A stretch of 63,994 nucleotides of DNA, filler included, from Aduncisulcus paluster (lineage: Eukaryota), in NCBI GenBank assembly GCA_024181965.1. It is 5 parts of 5 records of this genome, joined end to end, with 100 filler letters (N's around TTAATTAATTAA, not from the genome) between each part and the next. Parts side by side here need not be neighbours in the genome. Positions count along the whole stretch, not along the records: positions 1 to 15,026 come from BQXS01012488.1; positions 15,127 to 32,025 come from BQXS01012489.1; 3 more parts are not named here. One strand, 5' to 3'. This document shows positions 10,033-20,942 of the stretch, piece by piece; the stretch's first letter is position 1; the number at the start of each line of letters is the position of its first letter. Position numbers and translations under genes: made by a program. The notes under the pieces were generated by a model, which was given only the letters and a program-made list of their open reading frames with translations, made no database searches and was not told the origin of the DNA.

Positions 10033-12531
10033 CTAAAACTTAGGAGTTTTATTTATAAGAATGTTGGCAAGACGAGAATCAGTGCCCGAATAAAGAGACG
10101 ATTCGTATTCTCTCCTCACCCCACGTGCAAATGCTGACCGAGGCCTTCTCCTGACTGCAGAGCTTGAACTCACTCCTCTTCTTCCCTTGGCATTAGTCAT
10201 GACAGAGGCAATTAATTGATCTCTTTTCGTTGGGAGAAGATAGGACCTCTTGGGAGTCTCAAAAAGTCTTTCGTGAGAAGGGATGAGTAAGGTGTCATCA
10301 ATATCATGGAGCATACTTGTTCGAGTCTCAACATCCTTCCTCTTCTCTCGCAGTTTATCAACGACTTTAACGTCAAGCATTTTCTTAGATTTGACCAACA
10401 ACTCATCCAGCTCACGAGCTCCTTTTGCTCTCAGCTCAGAGTTAGTCACATCACATGGCTCTCCACGTTTTATCTTTTCCAACATTTTCATCCCTTCTTT
10501 TCTCACATTCCCGACGGTCCTAAGTTCGGTGATAAGACAAGTTAGTTCAACAATACCCACCATTGTAAAGCACAATCGTTGATGTCGTTCTTTCCTTCTC
10601 TTCAGCAACTCTTTTTTTGTCAGAACCTCACCCCCGGTGGCGCCAGAAATAGCTTTTCTAAGTTTAGAATCAGCAGATGATACCGATATGAGGGATGAAG
10701 CTGCTGATGCAGGTCGTTTAAAAGAGGCATGAATATTGGGGGTTGGAATAACACGCACCATACGTGCCTTTCCAGTCTGCCCCAATGAATGCACGCATGT
10801 TTGAATATGTGTAGGTTGAGCATTTCCATCTTCAGCGCATTCTCCATACAACTCCCTGTCTTCACGGGCTTTCTTAGAGAGACGTTGTCGCTTCTGGGCC
10901 AGTATTCTATTCATATTTATGGTGGCTATTTGTTGCTTCGTGTGCAAGGAGCGAGGAGGAAGGTACCGCGAAGGAAACTGACCCATCTGGACCAGTCCAC
11001 CTCGGACGGGATCGAATGTGCTCACGTATCTGTTCGGCTGAACGCCGGCACTGCTCGGTCTGGCTAATATGATCTAAATTAATAAAATAATTGTCGTTCG
11101 AAATATATAAATTTTCATAAAAAATTACAAAAAAATATAAATATATTATATACAAAAAATAAATACGAGTTATATTAGATACAAATAAACATGAAATAAT
11201 AACTATTCCATCGTTATTTGTATCCATATAAGTGTACTTTAAATATACATACCTCTCACACTGGCAAGGGCAGAGTGTGTTTTACGGGACTTAATTCTTC
11301 TCAATCCTTCATCCAGAGTTCTAGCTAACTTCTGTGTGTCCTGTAGAGTCATAGATTCAATAAGTTTCGTGTCAATTGAATGAACTATCTCCTCCCCATT
11401 ACCTTTATAGACCCTGACAGCTTTGGAAACATCAACCTCAGGTCTGGGAGCATCTTTTGGGGGGGTTGCTGAGTAAGAGTCAGGAATCCCAAGATTCCCA
11501 ATCGTCAGAGATGTATCAGTGACCTGAGCATGACTGGGAGTTCTTTGATCTGAGATCTGCACATGGGGATGTCTTGGAGGGGCTTGTTTGGATTGTTCTT
11601 CACTCGAAGGCGGTGCTTCGGGTTGACCAAGCCGTTGAGAAGACCCTGTCGGAGACATAATATCGTCTGTTTGCATAATGGTTTCATAAATACCCCTGGA
11701 GATAGATGAGTGCGACCGATGTCCTGGGCGGAATGGATCAGAACTTCTCCGCCCTGATATCGTTGGAGGATGTGGAATAAGAGGTTCCTGCTCTTCCTTT
11801 GAACGAGCTGAAACGATATCTGTCTTAACACGGTGGTCGAGCGAGGAAATGGAACGGAGCCGACTTCGCATTAAATCACGTTTGGGAATCTTCTTTCCTT
11901 CCCCAACACGCAAATCCCTTCCATCGATCCCTTTTAATGATCCCATTTCCTTCGAGACTCGTTCAGAATTGGGAGCAAGACGAATGGAACTCTTGGAACC
12001 AGGTTTTCGCTCTTCCACAAGATCTCCAAGCTCAGAACGATATTTTGCTCGCCATGAAAACTTCTCTTGATGTGGGAAAAACTTCTCAAACGCAGCAATT
12101 CCAGGAGAAACAGGAGTGGGAGCGCGTAAATGGCTACTGCGAATTCGAGCTAGTGTGTCCTGAGACCGATAACGTTCTATTTCAGCTTCCTCCAAACTAG
12201 TGGTATAAGTCATTCCATTTGATTTCGATTTAAATATTGCATGTTGTTTGGGTTTTTTAAGAGGGGTTTTCACAAAGGTTGGTGGAACATATGGGTTTCT
12301 TTTAACATCTAAGCGAGTAACAGTATCAGAATGTAATGTTAAATCTTCATTCTTATTAAAACGATATGAAACAGAAGCGGTACGAGCAGAAGAAAGTTTC
12401 ATATGCTTAGACGCCTCATTCGCGAGTTTATCAAGTTTTGACAAATTGTCAGCCATAGATTTAGTCCGAGTTTCCATATCTCGTAGTAATTTTTGAACTC
12501 TAAAACTGGAATCATCTCGACCTCTTCCCAT
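10033..12531 (-). CDS. Hypothetical basic, low-complexity/coiled-coil protein, probably one two-exon gene (12531-11253 and 11063-10033)
   Basis: ORF 11239-12531 ends in AGA G|GTATGT. An acceptor ATATTAG at 11064 gives the in-frame join SVR-A-RPSSAGVQPNRYVSTFDP. RPSSA/RPASA/RPRSA motifs are common in flagellate cytoskeletal proteins. Confidence 0.55.
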
Positions 12532-12687
12532 AGCTTACAAACTTAAAAAATACGACGATAAATATAAAAATTTAAAAATATTATGTTATTAATTGACAAA
12601 GAGCTTGTTAAAAATAAGTGTTCAAAGTTTGTATCAAGAAAAAAGCAAACTGAAAAATCTAATTTTGAAATCCAATTTGGGTGAGAA

Positions 12688-14352
12688 ATGGAACACGATT
12701 TTCATCTAATTCTCAATCAATGGTATAATTTACAGACAAGAATGCTTGTATTTGCCGCAAAGATACCAGAAGAGCCCGCCACAATCATATATCAATGTAT
12801 TCGCCTTTTCTTGGAATCTCTTCTATATATTCCCCAAACTACAAAAGTTCAAGAAAAAATATGTAATATGCTTGTTCATTTTGCAGATTCAATTCATACT
12901 CATCCAAAGATTCAATATTATCAGTGTTTCACAGAATTCACTGAAGAACAACTCGCTATTCGTCCTGACTTAATTAAAAAACGAGCAACGGCACAAGAAA
13001 TTATTGAAAAAGTTAAATTAGCCTGTGATAAGTGTTCAGAAGATGATGATAGGATGGAAGTTGTTATAGAAGAAGGTACAATGCCGAGATTAATGACTGG
13101 GAAATTATTATCCTTTTATAAATTATTTTATGGAGATATTGAAGATGTTATGAGTCCAATGAAGACATTTGTTGATTGGAAAAGAGAACATGTTTCCTTA
13201 TCTTCCAAAACACTCTTTTTATTTGAATTAATCCTTTGTAATATGGTCAAAATCTCCCCATTCCATGTCCAAACTGCTGCAAAGGCCTTTCAAAATATAT
13301 GTATTAAATGTAATTATTTCAAAGATTTCCAAAACAGGTGCTTTTTTCTCGGTAAATCTCTAGTTGAAACGATCAAATCCTATAATTCAGAGCCCCATCC
13401 ATATGTATCTTCCTCCATTCTCATAATTCGTGATTCTATTACCTCCATTTTTAATATTTCAGCCTTGCAGAAAGTTGTACACACGGGTATTTCCGGCGAA
13501 GTTCCTTCTCTCAAAAGTGTGGCCTGTGTCCTCTCAGGATGGTCTGGAAAGCGACGCCATAGTGATAGCGAAGCTGAATATACCGTTGAAAGTGATCCAA
13601 TTTATAAATATTTCTCGAAAGCTTCTTCGGGGTTATTCACGAGTTTGAATCAAAATTCTACTTTGCCGGAACTCCAAGAAACCCTTGAAAATCTCAATAC
13701 ATTGGCCTATTTACTTAAAAAGAAACATAAATTGATCATTCAAGGGCAATCATCACATGAATTAATCAAAGACAGTATTGTGTATCCACCCGATGATGTG
13801 ATAATCGAATCTGAGAAATTAATTGATTCCATGCATGAAAGTGCATCAACAATTGATTATTCAATACTTTCAAGCTATTTTGTTGAATATTGTAAGATAT
13901 TTCTTGAAAGAATTCAAATGTTTCAGAAGATTCAAGCTTTTGTCACAGATCCATCCAAGAAACTCTCTGAAAAGCAATCCACAGCCCTCAAAGAAGTCAT
14001 TTCAAGCACAAAAGAGTTATTTTCTGACTTTAAATCGCCCTTTTCATTCGATTCTTATAAGTTGGATCATTCAATCACTAATCCAGTCTTCAGATGCGCC
14101 CACCACAAGAGATTATTGTCCAAATTGACAAAACAATCGAAAAAAGAATCAAAAAAAGAATCATCGGACACAGCTTCTCTCATTTCACAACCTGAGAAAG
14201 AAGAATGTTCTATTTTAAGACCTTCTCATTCAGGAGAAGAGACAACAGACATTTTATCATATCTCCTTAGAATTCAGCAAGAACTCCCAGCTAAAAAGAA
14301 GAAGTGTGCAGCGAGATCTTCGATTCTTGATGGCCTTTTTGATAAAATATAA
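12688..14352 (+). CDS. Hypothetical alpha-helical protein (554 aa)
   Basis: Long ATG-initiated ORF with AT-rich flanks; no family recognised. Confidence 0.75.
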   Translation: MEHDFHLILNQWYNLQTRMLVFAAKIPEEPATIIYQCIRLFLESLLYIPQTTKVQEKICNMLVHFADSIHTHPKIQYYQCFTEFTEEQLAIRPDLIKKRATAQEIIEKVKLACDKCSEDDDRMEVVIEEGTMPRLMTGKLLSFYKLFYGDIEDVMSPMKTFVDWKREHVSLSSKTLFLFELILCNMVKISPFHVQTAAKAFQNICIKCNYFKDFQNRCFFLGKSLVETIKSYNSEPHPYVSSSILIIRDSITSIFNISALQKVVHTGISGEVPSLKSVACVLSGWSGKRRHSDSEAEYTVESDPIYKYFSKASSGLFTSLNQNSTLPELQETLENLNTLAYLLKKKHKLIIQGQSSHELIKDSIVYPPDDVIIESEKLIDSMHESASTIDYSILSSYFVEYCKIFLERIQMFQKIQAFVTDPSKKLSEKQSTALKEVISSTKELFSDFKSPFSFDSYKLDHSITNPVFRCAHHKRLLSKLTKQSKKESKKESSDTASLISQPEKEECSILRPSHSGEETTDILSYLLRIQQELPAKKKKCAARSSILDGLFDKI

Positions 14353-14606
14353 CAATATAACCGTTGATTTTGATATTTATTTGGCGCCTTTTTCGAAATA
14401 ATTGCGATTTATAATTAGGATATTAACACATAATATCAGCATATCAGGTTGAAAAATGGAATATATTTATGTTGTTCGTTTATATCTAAGATATACGTTA
14501 TCTCTTAAGTCTCATGAGTTCACGGAAAAAATAAAAATTTAAGAATGTTTTTGCTTATATTTAATCCATTTTTTATGGCCAAAACAGCACCATCACCTTT
14601 GACCGA

Positions 14607-15026
14607 TTGACAACCAAAGAATCCGTTTTTGTCGAAGTTATGTCGATTTCAGAGACAATCAGATCCATTGTTTCCTCGTTTGAGGATTCTGATGCTTTTG
14701 AAATTTTAAATATCCCCCTTACAATTTCCAAAACCTTTCTCAACTTCTTAAAAACTCTTATCTACGTTTACAACTTCCGTAAGAGTCATGAATCGAACTT
14801 AAATTGGCTTTATTGTTTATTTTGGTCATATCTCTTTTGTATGTTTCCTTATTATTTTCAAATCCATTTCCATATTCTTTTTATTCCTCTCATTGAGTTT
14901 TCTCTTTCCTACCATTCTATATAATTTATATATGCCTGAAGGCAATGCCGTCGGATTTATTCTTGCCATAATTCTTCCCACTGCTAGCTTGCCATTCCTT
15001 GCCAATCCTCGCGGAGTATTAGTCCA
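14607..15026 (+). CDS. Partial membrane protein, spliced, truncated by the contig end
   Basis: Intron 14839-14941 (GTATGT...CTGAAG) joins track ORFs 14607 and 14893 in frame (WSYLF-C-NAVGFILAIILP). Start codon uncertain (ATG at 14640 possible). Confidence 0.45.
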
Positions 15027-15126
15027 NNNNNNNNNNNNNNNNNNNNNNNNNNNNNNNNNNNNNNNNNNNNTTAATTAATTAANNNNNNNNNNNNNNNNNN
15101 NNNNNNNNNNNNNNNNNNNNNNNNNN
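15027..15126. other. Artificial contig linker (N44-TTAATTAATTAA-N44); same linker at 32026-32125, 53296-53395 and 60571-60670
   Basis: Six-frame stop 12-mer flanked by Ns, four identical instances. Confidence 0.97.
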
Positions 15127-15160
15127 TCCTAAGGATATTGACAAATTATTTCAGCAGGCA

Positions 15161-16696
15161 ATGTCGATGCAAATCTCATTTGGATGTGAAAATTCTGTCA
15201 TGTCCCCACAAGAATCCAAGAAGTTGAGTGATGAAGATAAGGTTTTCCTCATCATTCGTGAAGAAAAGAAAAAGTTTGCTCCTCTGATGGATTCCAAAAA
15301 TCCTTCTATTCGGATGAAAATGATGTATTCTGTGAGTATCTTGAAAAGAATAATTTCCAGCAAACTCCTCGATTTCTCCTTGAGTGCTTTATCATCCCAT
15401 CCCTTGAGATCTGTTCTTTTGCCCATATTATCTTCTTTACCTATTCTTCCTGCTCCTCTCGAAGTTCTGTCAGCTGTGGGACTGATTGATGCTCATTTGG
15501 AAGAAGAACAAGATAATGAGGCTTTCCTTGAAGCAAAATGTCACAAACATGCTATAGATCCCTTGAAGGCTCTTGAAGCTGCTTTGGGGGCTCCAATTGA
15601 GTCTAAAGGGTCTTCTTCTTCTTCTTCTTCTACCTCTGCTCTTCTTCACCTCCCAGGGTACTTCATTGGCCGTCGTGTCCTTGCCAATCTTCCAGTTCTC
15701 TGCAATGTTCCCCACACTCCTTCGTGTGCCTGGTTAACCTTGCCCATGAAAGGCGAGAGTTCTCCATGTAAATACATCACCAACAAGAGCATGGGCAGCC
15801 TCAAATATGTTACTCCTAACTGCTTCGTTAATTCATATGATCCTTTATGCAAGTCATACATTGTTAGTGTGGCTGCAACAACTCATGACCCGGTCGGAGC
15901 TGATGGGAAATCGCTGAAATCTATCGGTTTTTGCCGGTGTGGACGAACTTTATTCCGTGACTGGACTCTTGTTGAGATATCTGCTAACAGTATCTACCAT
16001 TTAAACCAGCCTACAAGGTTTGAGGTGAAACATTCCACTTCCTCTGATTCCATTCCCTTGCACTCTATTAAGATTCTTCTTGATGATGGTATGTATGTTT
16101 CCTTGTCTGACACTGCTACAAAGACTCTGCTGTGTGCAGCAGTCATTAAATGTGGTCCTAGGATCTGTTCTACCCTCAAAATGCTCCGACAAACCAAGAA
16201 ATCCCTTGATTCTGATGATTCTATGACAGATCAGTGGAAAGATTTGTTTAATTTCTGTTTCTCTCTGTATGATTGCACCCATTTCCATGTGGTTGATTAC
16301 GATAAGTCAAGATACTCTGGGCAGAACTTTGTGAAATTGTGTCAGCATGGACAAGGACACTGTCATACTTTATCTTCCATCATGTCAGCTTTTCTCTTAG
16401 CTTGCGCTTCACCCCTTGGAGTAGGTGTACGCTTTGTCACGTGTTCATTCGTTGGATCTTTATCAAGTGAAAAGGAGACTGATTCTTCTCCTTCTGAAAA
16501 GGGATATTGGCCTTCACAAGCTGATTCTCATACTTATTTGGAGGTCTGTCTTCCAGATGGTGAGGCTTTGGTTGTATGTCCTTCAAATAACATTGTCAGG
16601 AGCCTTGGACATGTTTATAGCAGAAGCGGATGTTGGATAAGGAATGTAAAACATCAGTGTGGATCCAAAATTCCTTATCCTGGTAAATTTGAATAG
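15161..16696 (+). CDS. Protein with a C-terminal transglutaminase-like (papain-fold) domain, possibly 5'-truncated
   Basis: GQGHCHTLSSIMSAFL...LGVGVRFV...DSHTYLEVCLPDGEALVVCPS matches the G.C.....l..al....G+..r.v....H.w.Ev......w...Dp pattern. Starts 35 nt after the contig edge. Confidence 0.6.
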   Translation: MSMQISFGCENSVMSPQESKKLSDEDKVFLIIREEKKKFAPLMDSKNPSIRMKMMYSVSILKRIISSKLLDFSLSALSSHPLRSVLLPILSSLPILPAPLEVLSAVGLIDAHLEEEQDNEAFLEAKCHKHAIDPLKALEAALGAPIESKGSSSSSSSTSALLHLPGYFIGRRVLANLPVLCNVPHTPSCAWLTLPMKGESSPCKYITNKSMGSLKYVTPNCFVNSYDPLCKSYIVSVAATTHDPVGADGKSLKSIGFCRCGRTLFRDWTLVEISANSIYHLNQPTRFEVKHSTSSDSIPLHSIKILLDDGMYVSLSDTATKTLLCAAVIKCGPRICSTLKMLRQTKKSLDSDDSMTDQWKDLFNFCFSLYDCTHFHVVDYDKSRYSGQNFVKLCQHGQGHCHTLSSIMSAFLLACASPLGVGVRFVTCSFVGSLSSEKETDSSPSEKGYWPSQADSHTYLEVCLPDGEALVVCPSNNIVRSLGHVYSRSGCWIRNVKHQCGSKIPYPGKFE

Positions 16697-18200
16697 TGTG
16701 CCAATTTCTATCGTTTTGTTGTAGTTCAATGAAAATATTGTTTATTATTTATATATAAATTTTATATATAATATGAAGTATGATTAATAATATTAATTTA
16801 TTATTCTTCTGTACTATACTGTATTGTACTGTACTTTGTTGTTAGTTTTTTTTTTGTGTGTGTATGTCATTATATCATCATCAACCAGCGTTTCAAATAG
16901 ACATTTTCTATTCTCTTTCAGTATTTTTAACTATATTAACAAGAAATAAACCCAGGAATTTGTCCAAAAATCTTCGAAATTTCATCAAATCGACATGACA
17001 GGTAAAATTTCACCATCACAAGCCAAATTACACATTTGAGAAATCTTTGGTATTGTTATTACAATGATAGCTCACAGAGTGGTAAAAATTTTGCGGTATT
17101 GAACAATAAATACCTCTTTACACAATATTTTCCTACTACAAGGGAGATAGATCACTAGGACCCATCGTAGAGCTGGTGCGGCCAGACCTAGCTGATACAC
17201 ACTCAAGCTTATTCTTGGTACCCGTGAAGGATCCATTCGAATACCAGTGAGATCTTAAAGTAACAAGTTGGGTATACCATGAACTATAAAAAGAAATTTG
17301 AAGACATTTCATCAAAACAAATTATACATTGATCATATGGAAATTTTATCAGCTATTCTGGCTGTGATCGCTAATATCTGCCAAGAAAACTAAAAAATCT
17401 TGAATTTACGGTTCTGCCGGGAAATTACCGGTGGCTTCCAGTTGAATTCGATGGACTTTTTACTATTACAGTGAGTCACAGTGGATTTGGGATAAAATAT
17501 AATAAAAATCTATAAAAGGAATTGTAGATATATTTATATATAATTTAATAACTATATAAAATGAGAATATTCACGATAGAACAAAAGAGAGGAGATAGAT
17601 ATGGAGAAAGGGGCGAAACAACGCAAAAATATTTTGATAGAGAATACTTTTTGCTATACCCATTGAACAATAGAATTAATAAAGATTAGAACTAGCCGTT
17701 AATAATGGTTCGAGAGGAGGAGAGATGTGCTAATCATAATATAAATAAATAAATAATATTTTGGGAGATTTTTTAGGGTGATCCGCATCATTTCGGGCTG
17801 AAATGTGCATTTTGATGGCTCAAAAGAGAGAGGAAAATGGTCAATATAAGGAGGGTAACCAGTCAGCGAAGATAGTAAAGTGAGCTTTGAAACTATCATA
17901 TCTCACTTGTCATTTGAAATAATTGATGGCAAAATAGGATCTAATAGATAAAAGGGGAAATAATAAATAAATCAAAACGAAGAAAGAGATTCGCTGAGAA
18001 CAACGTCAATAAAAATGTCAAAAAAATAGAATAATTTAAAAGAAGGAAGGTGGGAAATATACGGATGTAAAAAAGAGAGATATGGCATTTAATAAATAAA
18101 ATAAAATAAAAGGGGGGGAATATAGGGGTCAAATAAAGGGACGATTGAATTGTATTATTTATATATAACAGTTATAACATATGCACGTTTATGATAGATT

Positions 18201-18270
18201 AGTACAGTAAAGTATACTGTACTATACTATACAATACTGTACTACTACTGTACTACTACTGTACTATACT
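18201..18270. repeat. Degenerate (TACTG/TACTA)n microsatellite; a similar tract lies at 16809-16835
   Basis: gtatactgtactatactatacaatactgtactactactgtactactactgtactatact read directly from the sequence. Confidence 0.7.
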
Positions 18271-18570
18271 AATAATAATAATAAATAAAGATAGAAATGG
18301 TTTATAAATTTTAAAATATTTATAAAGGATCAAAGCGAAGAAAAGGTCAAGGGGTTAATAAATTAGGGAGGAATAATGTAAAAATAAAAGATATTGTATT
18401 AATAAATTAACAACAGTTTGAGAGAATTAAAGTTGGATTAAACTATAATTAAATAAGAATAGAGAAAGAGAGAGAGAGAGAGTGTGTGTGAGAAATGGCA
18501 GGAACAGATGTAATAATAATCATCATAATTTTTTTTTTTTTTTTTTTTTTTGCAGCCATGTTCATTATTT

Positions 18571-20532
18571 TTATCCAGAACAGTGTGTGGACAATTGGGG
18601 AATGTCATCAATGGAGGTAAATCTGTCCACAGACTTTCTTGAAGAAACAATACTATGCTTAGCACTTTTTTCAGTAGTATCTTCGCCAGCCCACTGGGTT
18701 ATATGGTCAGTCCTGAGCAAGGGATCAAGGGAGGGTAAGGGACCGTAAGAGTTGTCAATAGGTTTGTGTGCAAGAGAGTGGGAAGGAACTCCTTCAAAAT
18801 GGGGGAAGGAGTTAGGTTGATGATCTTGAAGGCTTTCCGTTGTACCTCTCATGGATAAATCCTGACTCACAAGCTGAGTGGAACGAAGAGCAAACAAAGA
18901 GTCGCTCAGATTCAATGGCTGTGAACGTTCAAGGAGAGAAGCAGATGAGGAGAATGAGGAGAGAGAAATAGGAGTCTCGGAGGACGCTCTAGAAGATGTG
19001 GGATATGATGGACAGGATGTCATGGTTGGGGCATAAGCCATTTGTGGGCCCACAGCTAAGGAAGGCATTCCTGATGTCGTGGTTTGGAGAGGCTGGGATT
19101 GGAAAGATAAATACTCGGGAAAAGCAGAACTACCGCTGCTGGAAGAAATGGATCTGCTCGAATCATGTTGGGCATTGTCTCCTTCTCTCTCTCTTGTTAT
19201 GGTTGCATCAGCCATTTGACGGGAATAGCTCCTCTCAGAGATAGGATCAGATGAGTGTTCTGAGAAAGAGTGTGATGGGGAGCGGTGGTCTGATATTGTC
19301 GAGGAAGAGGTGCTATTTACATGGGGGGGGCCAGATCTCACATGCACCGAGAAGGGGGAAGAGACATGCGGAGGGGAGTCTGAGGCTCTTCTTGGGGGGG
19401 TAACCTTGGAGGAAGCCATGACATCTGAAGAAACAAAAGGAAGCTTCTCTTGTTCAAAACTTTCTGTTCTTCTATAAATAGAATCAGAGGCGGTACCACG
19501 GGAACAAGGTACCAATGAAGGCAGAGCAGGAGTATCAATATGGCTGTCAAGATGGGTATGATTGGGATTCTTTCCATCTTTCATGGGGGTTGGCACGAGA
19601 GATGGGCCAAAACAGGCAGGGAACTCCATGGAAGAGTCAGAAGGACTCCTAGGAGGACCAGAGACGCGAGAAGGATCATGAGGGAATGTAGAGGAAGAAT
19701 ATGGGATAGAGTGAGGATTAATGGCACTACGAGAGTGAGAATCGTGAAGATAACCGACAGGTTGGGCGTAGGCTCCTGCAAATCGGTCATAGGAGGGTGG
19801 TGGAAATGAATGATATCTAGTTGGCATTTTTGGTTCAGTGGTTGGGAAATAGATCCCATTATTAGGGGCTATATGGCCTTTTTCTTCAAAATGGTAAAAA
19901 TAGGAAGGGTGCATATCTCTTCTGGACGTAAAACAAGAGGAAGTTGGATCATGATAATCCGAGGAGGTTCCATAGTCACAAAAGGATTTTGTAATAAATT
20001 GCTGGCCTTGACCTTCAACAAAATGGGAAGATTGGCCAGGGAATGGACGATAAGGTAAGGTTGGACTAGAAACAGACGAATCACGTGGTAAAAAATGGGT
20101 ATGGGACTGTAGATATAAATCAAAACTGGGTTTATCCATTGAATAATTTGTCGTTTGGGGGTGTTCAGGAATGCTGGAGGAGTCATGCTGACTTTGAAAA
20201 GTAGAACGAGGAGCTGAAGAAGCAGATTTGGTTCCTTTTGGAATATCTTGCGAATGAATTGTCATTTTTCCTCGCCTTCTTTGCTTTTTGAGTGAAACAC
20301 GAGCGACATCAGCAATAAGTTCTCGACCTCCCAAAGTCATTCCATTCAATGAATCGATGGCTCTTTTATGTTCTTCATATGTTTTGTAATCGACAAATCC
20401 AAATCGATTCCCATCTTCAAAAGAAATTCTTTCGACATGAGAATCTGGGTTTGCATACTTGGAAACAAGAGATAAAAAATCGGATTTAACATATTCTTTT
20501 GGTAGATTATAAATAAAAACAGTTTTGTTCAT
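18571..20532 (-). CDS. RRM RNA-binding protein with a long S/P/H-rich disordered tail
   Basis: RNP2 (VFIYNL), RNP1 (RFGFVDY), and AIDSLNGMTLGGRELIADVA. ATG 20532 (MNKTVF) is preferred over the track's GTG start. Confidence 0.85.
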   Translation of the reverse strand: MNKTVFIYNLPKEYVKSDFLSLVSKYANPDSHVERISFEDGNRFGFVDYKTYEEHKRAIDSLNGMTLGGRELIADVARVSLKKQRRRGKMTIHSQDIPKGTKSASSAPRSTFQSQHDSSSIPEHPQTTNYSMDKPSFDLYLQSHTHFLPRDSSVSSPTLPYRPFPGQSSHFVEGQGQQFITKSFCDYGTSSDYHDPTSSCFTSRRDMHPSYFYHFEEKGHIAPNNGIYFPTTEPKMPTRYHSFPPPSYDRFAGAYAQPVGYLHDSHSRSAINPHSIPYSSSTFPHDPSRVSGPPRSPSDSSMEFPACFGPSLVPTPMKDGKNPNHTHLDSHIDTPALPSLVPCSRGTASDSIYRRTESFEQEKLPFVSSDVMASSKVTPPRRASDSPPHVSSPFSVHVRSGPPHVNSTSSSTISDHRSPSHSFSEHSSDPISERSYSRQMADATITREREGDNAQHDSSRSISSSSGSSAFPEYLSFQSQPLQTTTSGMPSLAVGPQMAYAPTMTSCPSYPTSSRASSETPISLSSFSSSASLLERSQPLNLSDSLFALRSTQLVSQDLSMRGTTESLQDHQPNSFPHFEGVPSHSLAHKPIDNSYGPLPSLDPLLRTDHITQWAGEDTTEKSAKHSIVSSRKSVDRFTSIDDIPQLSTHCSG

Positions 20533-20942
20533 GGTTACAGTCACTCTAATGGTGATCAAAACTTGTAATGAGTCAAAGAAACTCACTCTGAACGAAAAAA
20601 TGAGAAAATAACATCTTTACGTAGATGATTTTAAAATCGCAATATAACTATAAATAAAAATAAATGTTCAATAATAACAATATCCTTATGTTCTCAAGCT
20701 AGAGAGAAAAAAAAAAATGACGGAAAATAAAGACTTGCGGTTAAATTTTATTGGGCAAAATCCAAAATATAATTCCATTATTTGGCGAAGTGATTTATAT
20801 TTTCAAGTTTTAAGAGGGTTTGGACTGCATTTGAGCATCAAAAATCCATTTTTGTTCTAAGCTTTGTTATGGCATAATAAACTCTAAAAATAGTATGATT
20901 TGCAGTAAAAAATAAAATAATATTGAATTTATGTGCTCAAAT

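Noticed and set aside
15071..15082. TTAATTAATTAA repeated four times across the window
   Set aside because: Artificial six-frame-stop linker. Gene neighbourhoods across these points are not real synteny.
16995..17393. Coding-like fragments suggesting a decayed gene or transposase
   Set aside because: Multiple stops in the frames examined and no recognisable catalytic motif.
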